From an uncultured Gemmatimonadales bacterium (lineage in GTDB: Bacteria > Gemmatimonadota > Gemmatimonadetes > Gemmatimonadales > Gemmatimonadaceae): a DNA stretch of 64,000 nucleotides. This document shows positions 28,560 through 41,775 of the stretch, one piece after another. The notes beneath the pieces were generated by a model, which worked only from the letters and a program-made list of their open reading frames with translations, ran no database searches and had not been told where the DNA came from. The number at the start of each line of letters is the position of its first letter. Position 1 is the stretch's first letter. Location of the stretch: the NCBI GenBank assembly GCA_963793305.1, contig CAWBZV010000005.1:960001-1024000 (forward strand), read 5' to 3'. The translations under genes and the position numbers were made by a program.

Positions 28560-28662
28560 CTCGCTACGGGTGCTGCGAACCCCCCCCGCCGGAGCTGCCG
28601 CTCGCCCGGGGCGTCGTGATCGGCGGACCGGCCGGCCTGGCACGGGCCGTAACTCGGTCGCG

Positions 28663-29781
28663 CTAGGGCCGGTGCCCGCCCGATGAGGACCCGCTCGGGG
28701 CACTCGGCGCGCTGGACGACTCGTGGCTCGACGCGGTGGAGGTCGGTGCACTGTAGCTCGGCGCGCTGTAGCTAGCGCGCGTGGCCGCCTCGTGATAGCT
28801 CGACGTATACCCAGAGCCGCCGCCAGTAGAGTACTCGACCCGCGGAGCCCCTTGCGACGAGAAGCCTCGCGAGACTGAGACTTCAGCCGTCGCAATGCGC
28901 CCGGTCGGCTCCATCACCAGCGCGGTAGTGCCGTGCACCGACCCGACGTTGCCATTCACGATCGCTCGCACCTCCTCGTGCGCCCCGCCGAGCATCGCGT
29001 TTCCCGATCTCGGTACCCACACGCTTCCGTACCGCACATACCCCAGCGCACGCGGCAGCTCAGTACCCGGCTCACCGTTGTGCGTGATCGCGTGCCACTG
29101 GTCCTTCGCGGCGTACCACCGCAACGCGCGTTGGTCGCCCCGGTCCAGCCGAGTGCCCGGTTTTGGCACGAGCTTCGGCGGCTTGTATCCCGGCGGCAGG
29201 AACTTCTTTTGCGTCGGCTTGCCCGGTTGCATCGCGAAAAATTGCCTGCCGGCCGCCAGAGCGTACCGCTGTCGCTCGAAGTGATGCTCCGAGTAGCAGT
29301 TGGCGAATCGCTCGTCGTCTTCGCGCGTGCGCTTGGGATCCTTGCTGACGATCGTCCTGCGTACGAGCGACAGTCGTCCGTCCTTGCACCGGAGTGAATC
29401 CAATCCAACCGTGTCAGCCGCGTACGCGTCGACCACGTTGGCGCCGGCGATCGCGTCATCGAGCGATCCCGTCAGATCGATCGGATCGTGCGAGGCGACC
29501 AGGTAGACCCGGTCATAGCCCGCGTCCCCCTGCGGCACGTACACATACCCACTCATCGGCACGCCTTCGAGCGCGGTCTGTTGATAGAGGACATCGGCAC
29601 CGTGCTCTTGCGTGGCGCCGATGACCGCGAAATTCGTCGGCTGATTCACCCAGAGGGCGAGCTGCCCGTCGACCGGCGGCAGCAGCATCGCGTCGATCTC
29701 CGCTGGCGCCGGCGCCGTCGTCAGACGGGACCCGGCGCACCCGAGGCACAGCAGCATCGCCAGCCACAACGCTCTCGGCAT
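28663..29781 (-). CDS. Hypothetical lipoprotein with Ser/Gly-rich low-complexity C-terminal tail
   Basis: MPRALWLAMLLCLGC signal; GGAGG SD; SYSAP repeated twice in tail. Confidence 0.75.
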   Translation of the reverse strand: MPRALWLAMLLCLGCAGSRLTTAPAPAEIDAMLLPPVDGQLALWVNQPTNFAVIGATQEHGADVLYQQTALEGVPMSGYVYVPQGDAGYDRVYLVASHDPIDLTGSLDDAIAGANVVDAYAADTVGLDSLRCKDGRLSLVRRTIVSKDPKRTREDDERFANCYSEHHFERQRYALAAGRQFFAMQPGKPTQKKFLPPGYKPPKLVPKPGTRLDRGDQRALRWYAAKDQWHAITHNGEPGTELPRALGYVRYGSVWVPRSGNAMLGGAHEEVRAIVNGNVGSVHGTTALVMEPTGRIATAEVSVSRGFSSQGAPRVEYSTGGGSGYTSSYHEAATRASYSAPSYSAPTSTASSHESSSAPSAPSGSSSGGHRP

Positions 29782-29883
29782 CTAAACCTCCGTATACTGG
29801 CTATACGCGCGGCGCGAGAAATCGCTGTCGGCCATATTATCTCGTTATATTGTGACGGTTTACGCCCCTTAAGTGTCCACCTG

Positions 29884-30348
29884 ATGACGAAGGCTGAGAC
29901 CGACTCCGAACCGATTGCGCGAAACCGCCGTGCCCGCCACGACTACCACATTCTCGAAACGTGGGAGGCGGGGCTGGTGCTGACCGGTACCGAGGTCAAG
30001 GCGCTGCGCAACGGCAAGGCAACGATCTCGGATGCCTACGGTGTTGTGAACGGAGAGGAGGCGTTCCTTCTGAACCTCCACATCGGCCAGTACGACCAGG
30101 GTCATCAGTTCAATCACGAGCCGACCCGCACGCGCAAGCTGCTGCTGCACAAGAAGGAGATTCGCAAGATGATCGGGGCCGTCGAGCGGCAAGGACTGAC
30201 GCTGATCCCGCTCGACCTCTACTTCAAGCGCGGTCGAGCCAAGGTGCTCATCGGCTTGGCGCGAGGGAAGAAGCTCCACGACAAGCGCGCGGACGAGCGG
30301 CGTCGCGATGACGAACGCGAGATCGCGCGCGCGGTGCGCGTCCGGTGA
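29884..30348 (+). CDS. smpB: SsrA-binding protein
   Basis: NRRARHDY, EAGLVLTGTEVK, RKLLLHKKEI and GKKLHDKR motifs. Confidence 0.97.
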   Translation: MTKAETDSEPIARNRRARHDYHILETWEAGLVLTGTEVKALRNGKATISDAYGVVNGEEAFLLNLHIGQYDQGHQFNHEPTRTRKLLLHKKEIRKMIGAVERQGLTLIPLDLYFKRGRAKVLIGLARGKKLHDKRADERRRDDEREIARAVRVR

Positions 30349-31556
30349 TTCTGCATCTCGCCCTCTTGCTCCAGATCTCCTCGCTGTCGGTCAAGGCGGG
30401 AGGGGGAGAGACACAGGTCCCTGTCGAGGAGACCGAGGCGGGTCTCAGCATTCGCGCCGACCTCCTGGCGAGCGCGCTCGGCGGATCGACCAAGAAATTG
30501 GCGAACGATCACTACTCGGTTGCGCTCCCTGGCCTGACGCTGGTCGTGTCCGACCATAACCCGTTCGCCAAGGTCGACTCGGTCGTCGTGCCGCTTGGCG
30601 GCGAAGCGTACGTGTCCGCGGGGCACGTCTATCTCCCGTTCACCGTCGTCACCAATGTCGTGCCGCGCCTCGGCAGCGGCGTGCTCTATGACACGTCGCG
30701 GGTCGAGCTGCGCGTGTTCGGGTCGGTTCCAGTCCATCGCGGCTCGGGCAATGTGCTCGTCACCGATTCGACGGACCTCGAGGAGAGCGCGACGCCGGGT
30801 CGCCCGCACCTGGTCGTCGTCGATGCCGGCCATGGTGGGCCCGACAACGGAATGAGCGGTCCGATCGGGTCCTCGCACCCGATCTACGAGAAGGACATCA
30901 CCCTCGCGGTCGCACGAAAAGTCGCCTCGGCGCTCCATTCCCGCGGGATCGACGTGATCATGACGCGCACGCGGGATACGCTGATCGCCCTCTCCGATCG
31001 CGGGAAAATCGCCAACGAGCACCACGGCGATCTCTTTCTCTCGATCCACGTGAACGCCGCCAACCCCGAGTGGAAGGATCCAGCCGCGGCGCGCGGGTTC
31101 GAGACGTATTTTCTGGCCGAGGCCAAGACCGAGGACGCGAAGCGCGTGGCGCAGATGGAGAACGAGGCCGTCCGGTTCGAGACGAACGCGGATGGAACGA
31201 AGAACGACCCGCTCAACTTCATCTTGAACGACATGAAGCAGAATCAACACCTGCGCGAGTCGAGCGAGCTCGCCGATATCATCCAGCGGCGTCTGGCGAA
31301 GATTCATCCCGGGCCCGACCGCGGCGTAAAGCAGGCGGGGTTCCGCGTGCTGGTGACCGCGTACATGCCCGCGGTACTCGTCGAGATCGGCTTTGGCACG
31401 AACGCCGCCGAAGCGCGGTTCCTGAACAATCCGACCGATCAGCGGGCCATTGCCCAGTCGATCGCGGCCGCGACCGCCGCGTACCTGGCGCGCTACGAGC
31501 GCCGTGTTAGCGCTGGGCACACGGCGAGCGTGGCAACCGGAGCCGCACCGCAGTGA
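30345..31556 (+). CDS. N-acetylmuramoyl-L-alanine amidase (Amidase_3)
   Basis: VDAGHGG..EK, MTR, LSIHVNA and AVLVEIG motifs. Confidence 0.92.
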   Translation: MILHLALLLQISSLSVKAGGGETQVPVEETEAGLSIRADLLASALGGSTKKLANDHYSVALPGLTLVVSDHNPFAKVDSVVVPLGGEAYVSAGHVYLPFTVVTNVVPRLGSGVLYDTSRVELRVFGSVPVHRGSGNVLVTDSTDLEESATPGRPHLVVVDAGHGGPDNGMSGPIGSSHPIYEKDITLAVARKVASALHSRGIDVIMTRTRDTLIALSDRGKIANEHHGDLFLSIHVNAANPEWKDPAAARGFETYFLAEAKTEDAKRVAQMENEAVRFETNADGTKNDPLNFILNDMKQNQHLRESSELADIIQRRLAKIHPGPDRGVKQAGFRVLVTAYMPAVLVEIGFGTNAAEARFLNNPTDQRAIAQSIAAATAAYLARYERRVSAGHTASVATGAAPQ

Positions 31557-32473
31557 CCGTCAGTCTCGCGGTTGAGGCCGCGGGGCTCCGCTTTCAGAAT
31601 CCTGTCTTACTCGCCTCCGGCACCGCTAGCTACGGGCGGGAGCTTGCCGGCGTCATGGACTTGGATCGACTCGGGGGCCTGGTCACCAAGGCCGTGAGCG
31701 TCGAGCCGCGCCTGGGCAATCCCGCGCCGAGGGTCGCCGAGTTTCCTGGCGGCATGCTGAACGCGATCGGGCTGGCGAACCCGGGCCTCGACGCCGTTCG
31801 ATCCGAGGCCCTCCCATGGCTCGCTCAGCACCTCCACTCGGCTCGGGTACTGGTGAACGTCGTCGGCAACGCAATCGACGACTTTGTCACTGTGGTGTCG
31901 GGCTTGACCAACTCGCAGGGGCTCGACGCATTCGAGCTCAACGTAAGCTGCCCGAATGTCCATTGCGGAGGATTGGAGTTCGGCGCCGACCCGCATATCC
32001 TCGCCGAGCTGATCACCGCGTGTCGGCGGGCCACGAAACGCCCCCTATTCGTCAAACTCTCGCCCACGTTGCCGGCGATAGCTGATACGGCACGTGTCGC
32101 GGTAGATGCCGGAGCAGACGGGATCACCGTGGTCAATACGATTCCGGGCCTGATCATAGACGTAGAGAGCCGGAAAGCCGCGCTGGGTTTTGGGACGGGC
32201 GGCGTCAGTGGCCCGGCCATTCTGCCGATCGGCGTCCTCGCTACGTATCGCGTCGCCAAGGCCGTGTCAGTACCGATTATCGGGGTCGGAGGCGTAGCCA
32301 GACCCGACGATGTCGTGCAGTATTTGTTGGCCGGCGCGAGCCTCGTCGCGGTCGGTACCGCGGCTCTCAAAGATCCGCGCGTGCCGGAGCGCCTGGTTCG
32401 CGGGCTCGCGAAATGGTGCGAGCGTCACTCAATCGAATCACTCGCGGAGATCGTGGGGAGCGTGCGGCTGTGA
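31553..32473 (+). CDS. pyrD: Dihydroorotate dehydrogenase, family 1 catalytic subunit
   Basis: NPVLLASG, NAIGLANPG, ELNVSCPN, VKLSP and GGVSG motifs; no pyrK adjacent. Confidence 0.95.
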   Translation: MTVSLAVEAAGLRFQNPVLLASGTASYGRELAGVMDLDRLGGLVTKAVSVEPRLGNPAPRVAEFPGGMLNAIGLANPGLDAVRSEALPWLAQHLHSARVLVNVVGNAIDDFVTVVSGLTNSQGLDAFELNVSCPNVHCGGLEFGADPHILAELITACRRATKRPLFVKLSPTLPAIADTARVAVDAGADGITVVNTIPGLIIDVESRKAALGFGTGGVSGPAILPIGVLATYRVAKAVSVPIIGVGGVARPDDVVQYLLAGASLVAVGTAALKDPRVPERLVRGLAKWCERHSIESLAEIVGSVRL

Positions 32474-33168
32474 AAACAATCCCGATAGTCGCGCTCGATG
32501 TGCCGAGCCAGGAAGCCGCGTCGATCATCGTTTCGGCGATCGGCGATCAGTGCCGGTTCTACAAGGTGGGCGCCGAGCTCTCCACGTCGGCCGGCCCCGG
32601 CGTGGTGCGCTTTCTCCGCGATCATGGGAACGAGGTCTTCCTGGACCTCAAGTGGCACGACATCCCGAACACGATCAAGGGCGCCGCCCGGAGCGCGTCT
32701 CGGCTCGGCGCACGGCTCGTCACGGTCCACGCCACCGGCGGGATGGCGATGATGCGCGCCGCCGTGGAGGGCGCCCGCCAGGGTGGCTCCGAGACCAAGG
32801 TGTTGGCGGTGACGGTCCTGACCTCGTTCGACGCCGACCGCCTGACCCAGGCCTGGGGCCGCCCGAACATCGTCGTCGCCGACGAGGTCCTCCGCCTAGC
32901 CGGCCAGGCGCTCGAGGCCGGCGTTCAGGGGATCGTCTGCGGCGGCGCCGAGGCCGCGGCCGTCAGAAAGCGCTACGGGGACGCTCTCGAGATCCTCGTA
33001 CCGGGCGTCCGCCTGGACGGTGCCGCCTCCAACGACCAGGTCCGGATCGCCACCCCACAGGAAGCCGCCGCCGCCGGTGCGAACTACATCGTGGTCGGCC
33101 GGACCGTCACGGCCTCCCCGGCACCCCGCGATGCCATGCGTCGCGTTATCGAGGCCGTTACTAATTGA
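32470..33168 (+). CDS. pyrF: Orotidine-5'-phosphate decarboxylase
   Basis: IVALD, FLDLKWHDIPNT, PGVR and VVGR motifs. Confidence 0.96.
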   Translation: MKTIPIVALDVPSQEAASIIVSAIGDQCRFYKVGAELSTSAGPGVVRFLRDHGNEVFLDLKWHDIPNTIKGAARSASRLGARLVTVHATGGMAMMRAAVEGARQGGSETKVLAVTVLTSFDADRLTQAWGRPNIVVADEVLRLAGQALEAGVQGIVCGGAEAAAVRKRYGDALEILVPGVRLDGAASNDQVRIATPQEAAAAGANYIVVGRTVTASPAPRDAMRRVIEAVTN

Positions 33169-33193
33169 CCTAAAGGGTTGTGGCGAGTAAGAT
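33165..33193 (+). promoter_or_regulatory. sigma70-type promoter of the alpha operon
   Basis: TTGACC-N17-TAAGAT; GGGAG SD downstream before rpmJ. Confidence 0.8.
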
Positions 33194-33229
33194 TAAAAGC
33201 TCGGCCAGAACCTATTAGGGAGATATACC

Positions 33230-33346
33230 GTGAAAGTTCGTAGCAGCGTCAAGCCGATCTGCGAGCACTGCAAAGTGATCAAGCGGAACGGCGTGATGCG
33301 AATCATCTGCAAGCGCAACCCAAAACACAAGCAGCGGCAAGGATAA
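33230..33346 (+). CDS. rpmJ: 50S ribosomal protein L36 (below ORF-track length cutoff)
   Basis: Manual translation: [38 protein letters not shown]. Confidence 0.97.
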   Translation: MKVRSSVKPICEHCKVIKRNGVMRIICKRNPKHKQRQG

Positions 33347-33349
33347 CTC

Positions 33350-33727
33350 ATGGCGCGCATTGCCGGCATCGATCTCCCTCGCGAGAAGAAGGTTGAGATC
33401 GGGCTGACGTACATCTACGGGATCGGTCGCGCCAACGCGCGCAAGATCATGGAATCGACCGGGGTCAATGCTGCGCTCCGCATCAAGGAGCTCTCGGACG
33501 CCGACGTGAACCGTCTCCGCCAGGCGATCGAGCGCGACTTTCGCGTCGAAGGCGCGCTCCGGACCGAGATCGCGATGAACATCAAGCGCTTGATGGACAT
33601 CGGCTCGTATCGCGGCATCCGCCATCGCAAGGGACTCCCGGTCCGCGGTCAGCGGACGCACACCAACGCGCGCACGAAGAAGGGTCCGCGCCGCGCCATC
33701 GCCGGCAAGAAGAAGGTGACCAAGTAA
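33350..33727 (+). CDS. rpsM: 30S ribosomal protein S13
   Basis: [25 protein letters not shown]. Confidence 0.98.
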   Translation: MARIAGIDLPREKKVEIGLTYIYGIGRANARKIMESTGVNAALRIKELSDADVNRLRQAIERDFRVEGALRTEIAMNIKRLMDIGSYRGIRHRKGLPVRGQRTHTNARTKKGPRRAIAGKKKVTK

Positions 33728-33728
33728 C

Positions 33729-34106
<378 letters not shown>

Positions 34107-34109
34107 CCG

Positions 34110-34742
34110 GTGCGGTATCTGGGACCCAGCTGTCGGCAGTGCCGGCGCGAAGGCACGAAGCTCTTCCTGAAAGGGACGAAGTGCTTTACCGAGAAATGCC
34201 CCGTCGAGCGGCGGCCGTATGCCCCTGGCCAGCACGGCCAGAGCACAGCGCGGCGCCGGAAGTCGTCGGAGTACGCGAAGCAGCTCCGTGAGAAGCAGAA
34301 GATCAAGCGCATCTACGGCGTCAGCGAGCGCCAGTTCCGCAACACGTTCCAGCGCGTCGTCTCGCTGCCTGGCATCACCGGGCATGAGCTGCTTGCTTCG
34401 CTCGAGAGCCGGCTGGACAACATGGTCTACCGGATGGGTTTCGCGTCCAGCCGCAAGGCTGCGCGTCAGCTGATCCGTCACCGTCACGTCGAGGTGAACC
34501 AGAAGACCGTCGACATCCCGAGCTATCTGGTCAGGCCCGGTCAAGAAGTACGCGTGCGCCCGAAGTCGCGTGAGCAGGTGTCGATCCTCACCGCGATGGA
34601 CCAGTCGTCGCGCGGTGCGCCGCTCTCCTGGCTCGCGGTCGACCGCGAGTCGTTCAGCGGGCGTATGCTCGAGCGTCCCGCTCGGGCGAACATTCCGATC
34701 AACGCGCAAGAGCAGCTCGTCGTCGAACTGTATTCGAAGTAG
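34110..34742 (+). CDS. rpsD: 30S ribosomal protein S4
   Basis: CRQCRREG..KC, QLREKQK, LESRLDN and VELYSK. Confidence 0.98.
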   Translation: MRYLGPSCRQCRREGTKLFLKGTKCFTEKCPVERRPYAPGQHGQSTARRRKSSEYAKQLREKQKIKRIYGVSERQFRNTFQRVVSLPGITGHELLASLESRLDNMVYRMGFASSRKAARQLIRHRHVEVNQKTVDIPSYLVRPGQEVRVRPKSREQVSILTAMDQSSRGAPLSWLAVDRESFSGRMLERPARANIPINAQEQLVVELYSK

Positions 34743-34823
34743 CGCGGTCGGGACCCTAACTCCCGTACGAGCCTACCGCGCGTTAGGGGCGGGGTAGGGC
34801 GTTGCCGGGGCGATTCGCCCGGT
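34742..34823 (+). promoter_or_regulatory. Structured rpsD-rpoA intergenic RNA, pseudoknot or switch candidate
   Basis: GCGCGGT/ACCGCGC, CGGGA/TCCCG and loop CCCTAAC/GTTAGGG complementarities. Confidence 0.5.
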
Positions 34824-34850
34824 ATGACCACTGAGAGGTGAATGAAGACA

Positions 34851-35918
34851 ATGGCACAAACGATTGATCTCCGCGGGTTGGTCCGCCCGCAGCTCGTCGA
34901 GGCGACGAAGCGCGAGGACAACCCGAATGTCTCCGAGTTCCGGCTCCAGCCACTGGAGCGTGGATTCGGCCATACGCTTGGCAACGCGATGCGTCGGCTC
35001 CTGCTGTCGTCCCTCCGTGGGTCGGCGGTCTGGGCGTTCCGCGTCGATGGCGTCGTGCACGAGCACCAGACGATTCCGGGAGTGGTGGAAGATGTCCACC
35101 AGATCATCGGCAATCTCAAGACGTTGACGCTCGTTCTGGACGAAGGCCTCGAGGACGCCACGCTGCGCATCCAGCGCTCGGGCGCCGGTGTGGTCACCGC
35201 CGCCGACATCAACGTCGGCTCGGGCGTCCGCATCATCGACCCCTCGCACCATCTCTTCACGCTGCAGGACGATCGCGACATCACGATGGACCTGTACGTC
35301 AAACAGGGCCGCGGGTATACCGAGGCGGACCAGCACACGCTGGAGCGCGGGATGCCGATCGATGTCGTCCGTATCGACGCGATCTACAATCCCGTCCGCC
35401 GCGTGAACTTCTCGGTGGCCGAGACTCGTGTCGGCCAGCGCACCGACTTCGATCGTCTGACGCTGACGGTCGAGACCAACGGCACGATCAGTCCCGAGGA
35501 AGCCGTCAGCTACGCCGCGGCGCTCGCGCAGACGCACTTCCAGTATTTCGTCGGATTCGGCTCGCACACGTCGGCGCCTGTCGGTACCGGCGCTGACCTG
35601 GGCGGCGGCGACAGCGTTCGCCTGCAGGAATTGCAAACGCCGATCGACGATCTCGAGCTCTCCGTTCGCTCGGTGAACTCGCTCAAGAACTCGAATATTC
35701 GTTCACTCGGCGACCTGGTTCGCCAGACCGAGAGTCAGATTCTGCAGGTGAAGAATTTCGGCAAGAAGTCGCTGCAGGAGATCGCCGATCTGCTCGAGAG
35801 AAAGGGTTTGAATTTTGGGATGCGTTACGAGGAGACGCCGGAAGGTGTGCGGATCACCGATTGGGGAACGCCGCCGAGCCGCGCTGCCGCGAACGCGCCG
35901 GATGACGACGAGGAGTAA
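34851..35918 (+). CDS. rpoA: RNA polymerase subunit alpha
   Basis: PLERGFGHTLGNAMRR and alpha-CTD LELSVRSVNSLK; GAGGTG SD spacing favours ATG 34851 over 34842. Confidence 0.98.
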   Translation: MAQTIDLRGLVRPQLVEATKREDNPNVSEFRLQPLERGFGHTLGNAMRRLLLSSLRGSAVWAFRVDGVVHEHQTIPGVVEDVHQIIGNLKTLTLVLDEGLEDATLRIQRSGAGVVTAADINVGSGVRIIDPSHHLFTLQDDRDITMDLYVKQGRGYTEADQHTLERGMPIDVVRIDAIYNPVRRVNFSVAETRVGQRTDFDRLTLTVETNGTISPEEAVSYAAALAQTHFQYFVGFGSHTSAPVGTGADLGGGDSVRLQELQTPIDDLELSVRSVNSLKNSNIRSLGDLVRQTESQILQVKNFGKKSLQEIADLLERKGLNFGMRYEETPEGVRITDWGTPPSRAAANAPDDDEE

Positions 35919-35923
35919 GACCC

Positions 35924-36370
35924 GTGCGACATAGAAAAGCTGGGCGCCAACTCCGGCGCACGAGCGAGCAGCGTCTCGCCTTGCTTCGCAACCTCGCGAT
36001 CTCGCTGATCGAGAAGGGCGCGATCGAGACGACCGAGGCCAAGGCCAAGGAGCTGCGGCCGTTCGTCGAGAAGCTGATCACCAAGGGCAAAGCCGGCACG
36101 CTGCACGCGCGCCGGCTCGCCGCCCGGCACGTGCACAAGCGCGCCGCGGCAGACATGCTGTTCAAGGAAGTCGCGCCGAAATTCGCGACCCGCCAGGGCG
36201 GATATACCCGGATCTTGAAGACCGGCTTCCGCAAAGGCGATGGCGCCGAGATGGCCCGGATCGAGCTGATCGGGTTCAGCCAGGAGCCGGCGAAGCCGCG
36301 CTCGGTCCAACCGACCAGTCGAGCAGCGCGAAGCGCTGCATCGACGAGCCGCGGAGCGGCTCCGTCATGA
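35924..36370 (+). CDS. rplQ: 50S ribosomal protein L17
   Basis: MRHRKAGRQL and GGYTRILK..RKGDGAEMA. Confidence 0.98.
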   Translation: MRHRKAGRQLRRTSEQRLALLRNLAISLIEKGAIETTEAKAKELRPFVEKLITKGKAGTLHARRLAARHVHKRAAADMLFKEVAPKFATRQGGYTRILKTGFRKGDGAEMARIELIGFSQEPAKPRSVQPTSRAARSAASTSRGAAPS

Positions 36371-36594
36371 CGCCGATCGCGCGCAATCGGTGCTACGCCT
36401 GCGGCCGCGGCGTGGCGTTCGGCAACAACGTCTCGCACGCGAACAACAAGACGCGTCGCGTGTGGAAGCCGAACCTTCAGGTGGCTCGGATTGTCCTCGA
36501 CGGGACAATTACGAAGGTGAAAGTGTGCACGCGATGCCTGCACGCGGGTAAGATCGAGCGCGCCCCTCGCGGGGGCGGCGTCCCCACCGCGTAA
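36367..36594 (+). CDS. rpmB: 50S ribosomal protein L28, Zn-ribbon form
   Basis: CYACG..GNNVSHANNKTRRVWKPNLQ..CTRC. Confidence 0.96.
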   Translation: MTPIARNRCYACGRGVAFGNNVSHANNKTRRVWKPNLQVARIVLDGTITKVKVCTRCLHAGKIERAPRGGGVPTA

Positions 36595-38529
<1,935 letters not shown>

Positions 38530-38546
<17 letters not shown>

Positions 38547-41500
38547 CCTCAATCGCATCCTGCTGCTGGGCTCCGGGCCGATCATCATCGGTCAAGCGGC
38601 GGAATTCGATTACTCGGGGACGCAAGCGGCTCGTGCCCTCAAAGAAGAGGGCTACTCGGTCATCCTGGTGAACTCGAATCCGGCGACGATCATGACCGAC
38701 CCGGAGTTCGCCGACCGGACGTACATCGAGCCGGTGACGCCCGAGTTCGTCGAGCTGGTGATCGCCGAGGAGCGTCCGGACGCGCTGCTGCCGACCATGG
38801 GCGGGCAGACCGCGCTCAACGTCGCGATGGCGCTGCACGAGAATGGCGTCCTCGCCAAGTACGGCGTAGAGCTCATCGGCGCCAACGCGCGGGCGATCGC
38901 GATGGCCGAGGACCGCGCGCAGTTCGCGCAGGCGATGCGCCGGATCGGACTCAATGTCCCGTCGGGCTCCACGGTCACGACTTGGGACCAGGCCGACGCG
39001 TTGGCCGACACCATCGGCTTCCCGGCGATCATCCGCCCGTCATTCACACTCGGCGGCACGGGCGGCGGTATCGCCTACAACCGCGCCGAATACGAGTCCA
39101 TTGTGCGTCGCGGCCTGGAGCTGTCCCCTACGTCCCAAGTGCTGATCGAACGCTCGGTTCTCGGCTGGAAGGAGTTCGAGCTGGAGGTCATGCGCGACGG
39201 CGCCGACAACGTCGTCATTGTCTGCTCGATCGAAAACTTCGATCCGATGGGCGTCCACACCGGCGACTCGATCACCGTTGCGCCGGCGATGACGCTCACG
39301 GATCGCGAGTACCAGACGATGCGCGACGCCGCGATCCGCGTGATCCGCGAGATCGATGTCCAGGCGGGGGGCTGCAACATCCAGTTCGCGGTCAACCCGC
39401 GCGATGGCACGATGCTGGTGATCGAGATGAACCCGCGGGTCTCCCGATCCTCGGCGCTCGCGTCCAAGGCGACGGGCTTCCCGATCGCCCGGATCGGCGC
39501 GAAGCTCGCCGTCGGGTATCGCCTGGACGAAATTCGCAACGACATCACGAAGACGACTCCGGCATCGTTTGAGCCGGTGCTCGACTACGTCGTGGTGAAA
39601 GCCCCGCGCTTCGCCTTCGAAAAATTCGCGACCGCCGATCCCCGTCTCACGACCCAGATGAAATCGGTCGGCGAGTCGATGGCGATCGGCCGCACGTTCA
39701 AAGAGGCTTTTCAAAAAGCCCTTCGTGCGCTCGAAGCGGGCCGGCAAGGTTGGACCATCGGTGCCACTCCGGCCGACGATCGCCTCACGGACGATAGCCC
39801 GGAATCTCTCCGCTCGGCGCTCCGCCAACCAACGCCGGAGCGGGTCTACCAGCTCAAGCGCGCCATGCAAGCGGGGATTTCGCTCGCCGATCTGAACGAC
39901 ATGACGTCGATCGATCCGTGGTTCTTGTCGGAGATGCAGCAGCTGGTCGAAGCCGAACGCCGCTACGCGGCGCTGAAGTCGGTGGACCGCGACGATATTG
40001 GCACGATGAAGCGTCTGGGCTTCTCGGATGCGCAATTGGCGGCCCTTCGCGGAGAGCCCGAGCAGACTGTCCGGGAACGTCGTCATGCACTCGGGATTCG
40101 CCCGGCGTACAAGATGGTCGACACCTGCGCCGGCGAGTTTCCGTCGTCGACGCCGTACCTATACAGCTGCTACGACGAAGAAAGCGAGGCGCCGCGAAGC
40201 GGGCGCCAGTCAATCATTATCCTGGGCAGTGGCCCCAACAGAATCGGCCAGGGCGTAGAGTTCGACTATTGCTGCGTGCAAGCAGCCCTGGCGCTGAGAG
40301 GCCGTTTCGAGACGATCATGATCAACTCGAACCCGGAAACGGTTTCGACAGACTATGACATCTCGGACAAGCTGTACTTCGAGCCCCTGACGCTCGAAGA
40401 TGTCTTAGAGATCATCGACCGCGAACAACCGCTCGGCGTCATCGTCCAACTCGGCGGCCAAACGCCGCTCAAGCTCACGCGCGGCCTCGAAGCCGCGGGC
40501 GTCAATATCCTCGGGACGTCACCAGACGCCATCGACATTGCCGAAGACCGCCGCCGCTTCGAGCAGATCGCCCGCGAGCTGGGCCTCACACAGGCGCCGA
40601 ACGGCACCGCCACGAGCGTCGACGACGCCGCGGCCATCGCCGGCGAGCTCGGCTACCCGGTCATCCTGCGCCCGTCATATGTGCTCGGCGGCCGCGCGAT
40701 GGAAGTGGTCTACGACGAGCCGTCGCTCCGCGAGTACTTCACGCGCGCGATACAAGTCTCCGAAGCGCGACCGGTTCTCATCGACCATTTTCTCGAAGAC
40801 GCGTTCGAAGCGGACGTGGATGCCATTTCGGACGGCACGCGCGTCGTGATCGGCGGTGTCATGCAGCACATCGAGGACGCCGGCATTCACTCCGGCGACT
40901 CGGCCTGCGTCCTCCCGCCGTATCTCATCGGCGACCGCGACGCCGATCGCATGCGCGAGCAAACGGTCGCGCTGGCGAAGGCACTCGGCGTTGTCGGCCT
41001 GATCAACGTCCAGTTCGCGATCAAAGACGGCACCGTCTACGTCCTCGAGGTCAACCCGCGCGCGAGCCGCACGATCCCCTTCGTGTCAAAGGCCGTCGGG
41101 GTGCCACTCGCCGCCGTCGCGGCACGGGTCATGGCCGGCGAAACACTCGAGGCGATCGGCTACACGCGCGAGGTGATCCCGCCGTACATCGCCGTCAAAG
41201 AGGCCGTATTCCCGTTCAACAAATTCCGGGAATTCGACCCGATCCTCGGCCCCGAGATGCGCTCGACCGGCGAGGTCATGGGCATCTCCGATTCGTTCGG
41301 CAGTGCCTTCGCCAAGGCGCAGATGGCGGCCGACAACAGCCTGCCGACCCGCGGCGCGATTTTCATCACCGTCAACGACAGCGACAAGCCGACGGTCCTA
41401 CCGATCGCCCGCCGGTTTCACGAGCTCGGTTTCAAGCTCTTCGCGACAGAAGGAACTGCCAAATACCTGCGCGGTCGCGGTGTGCCAGCCGAGCGAGTGT

Positions 41501-41775
41501 TCAAAGTCCACGAGGGACGCCCGCACGGGATGGACCTGATCGTGAACGGCCAGGTCCAATTGCTGATCAACACGCCGCTCGGCAAGCACGCATTCCGCGA
41601 CGACTACTCGCTGCGTCAACAGGCCATCGCCCACGGCGTCCCGTACACGACGACCCTCTCGGCCGCGAGCGCCGCCTGCGATGCCGTCCTCGCGCTCCGC
41701 TCGCGTCCACCGGCGGTTCGCTGCCTCCAAGACTGGCACGTGCTCGTCCAAGTCGCGCAAGAAGTGCTCTTATGA
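38530..41775 (+). CDS. carB: Carbamoyl-phosphate synthase large subunit
   Basis: [17 protein letters not shown], two ATP-grasp halves (IEMNPR, LEVNPR), C-terminal MGS domain. Confidence 0.98.
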
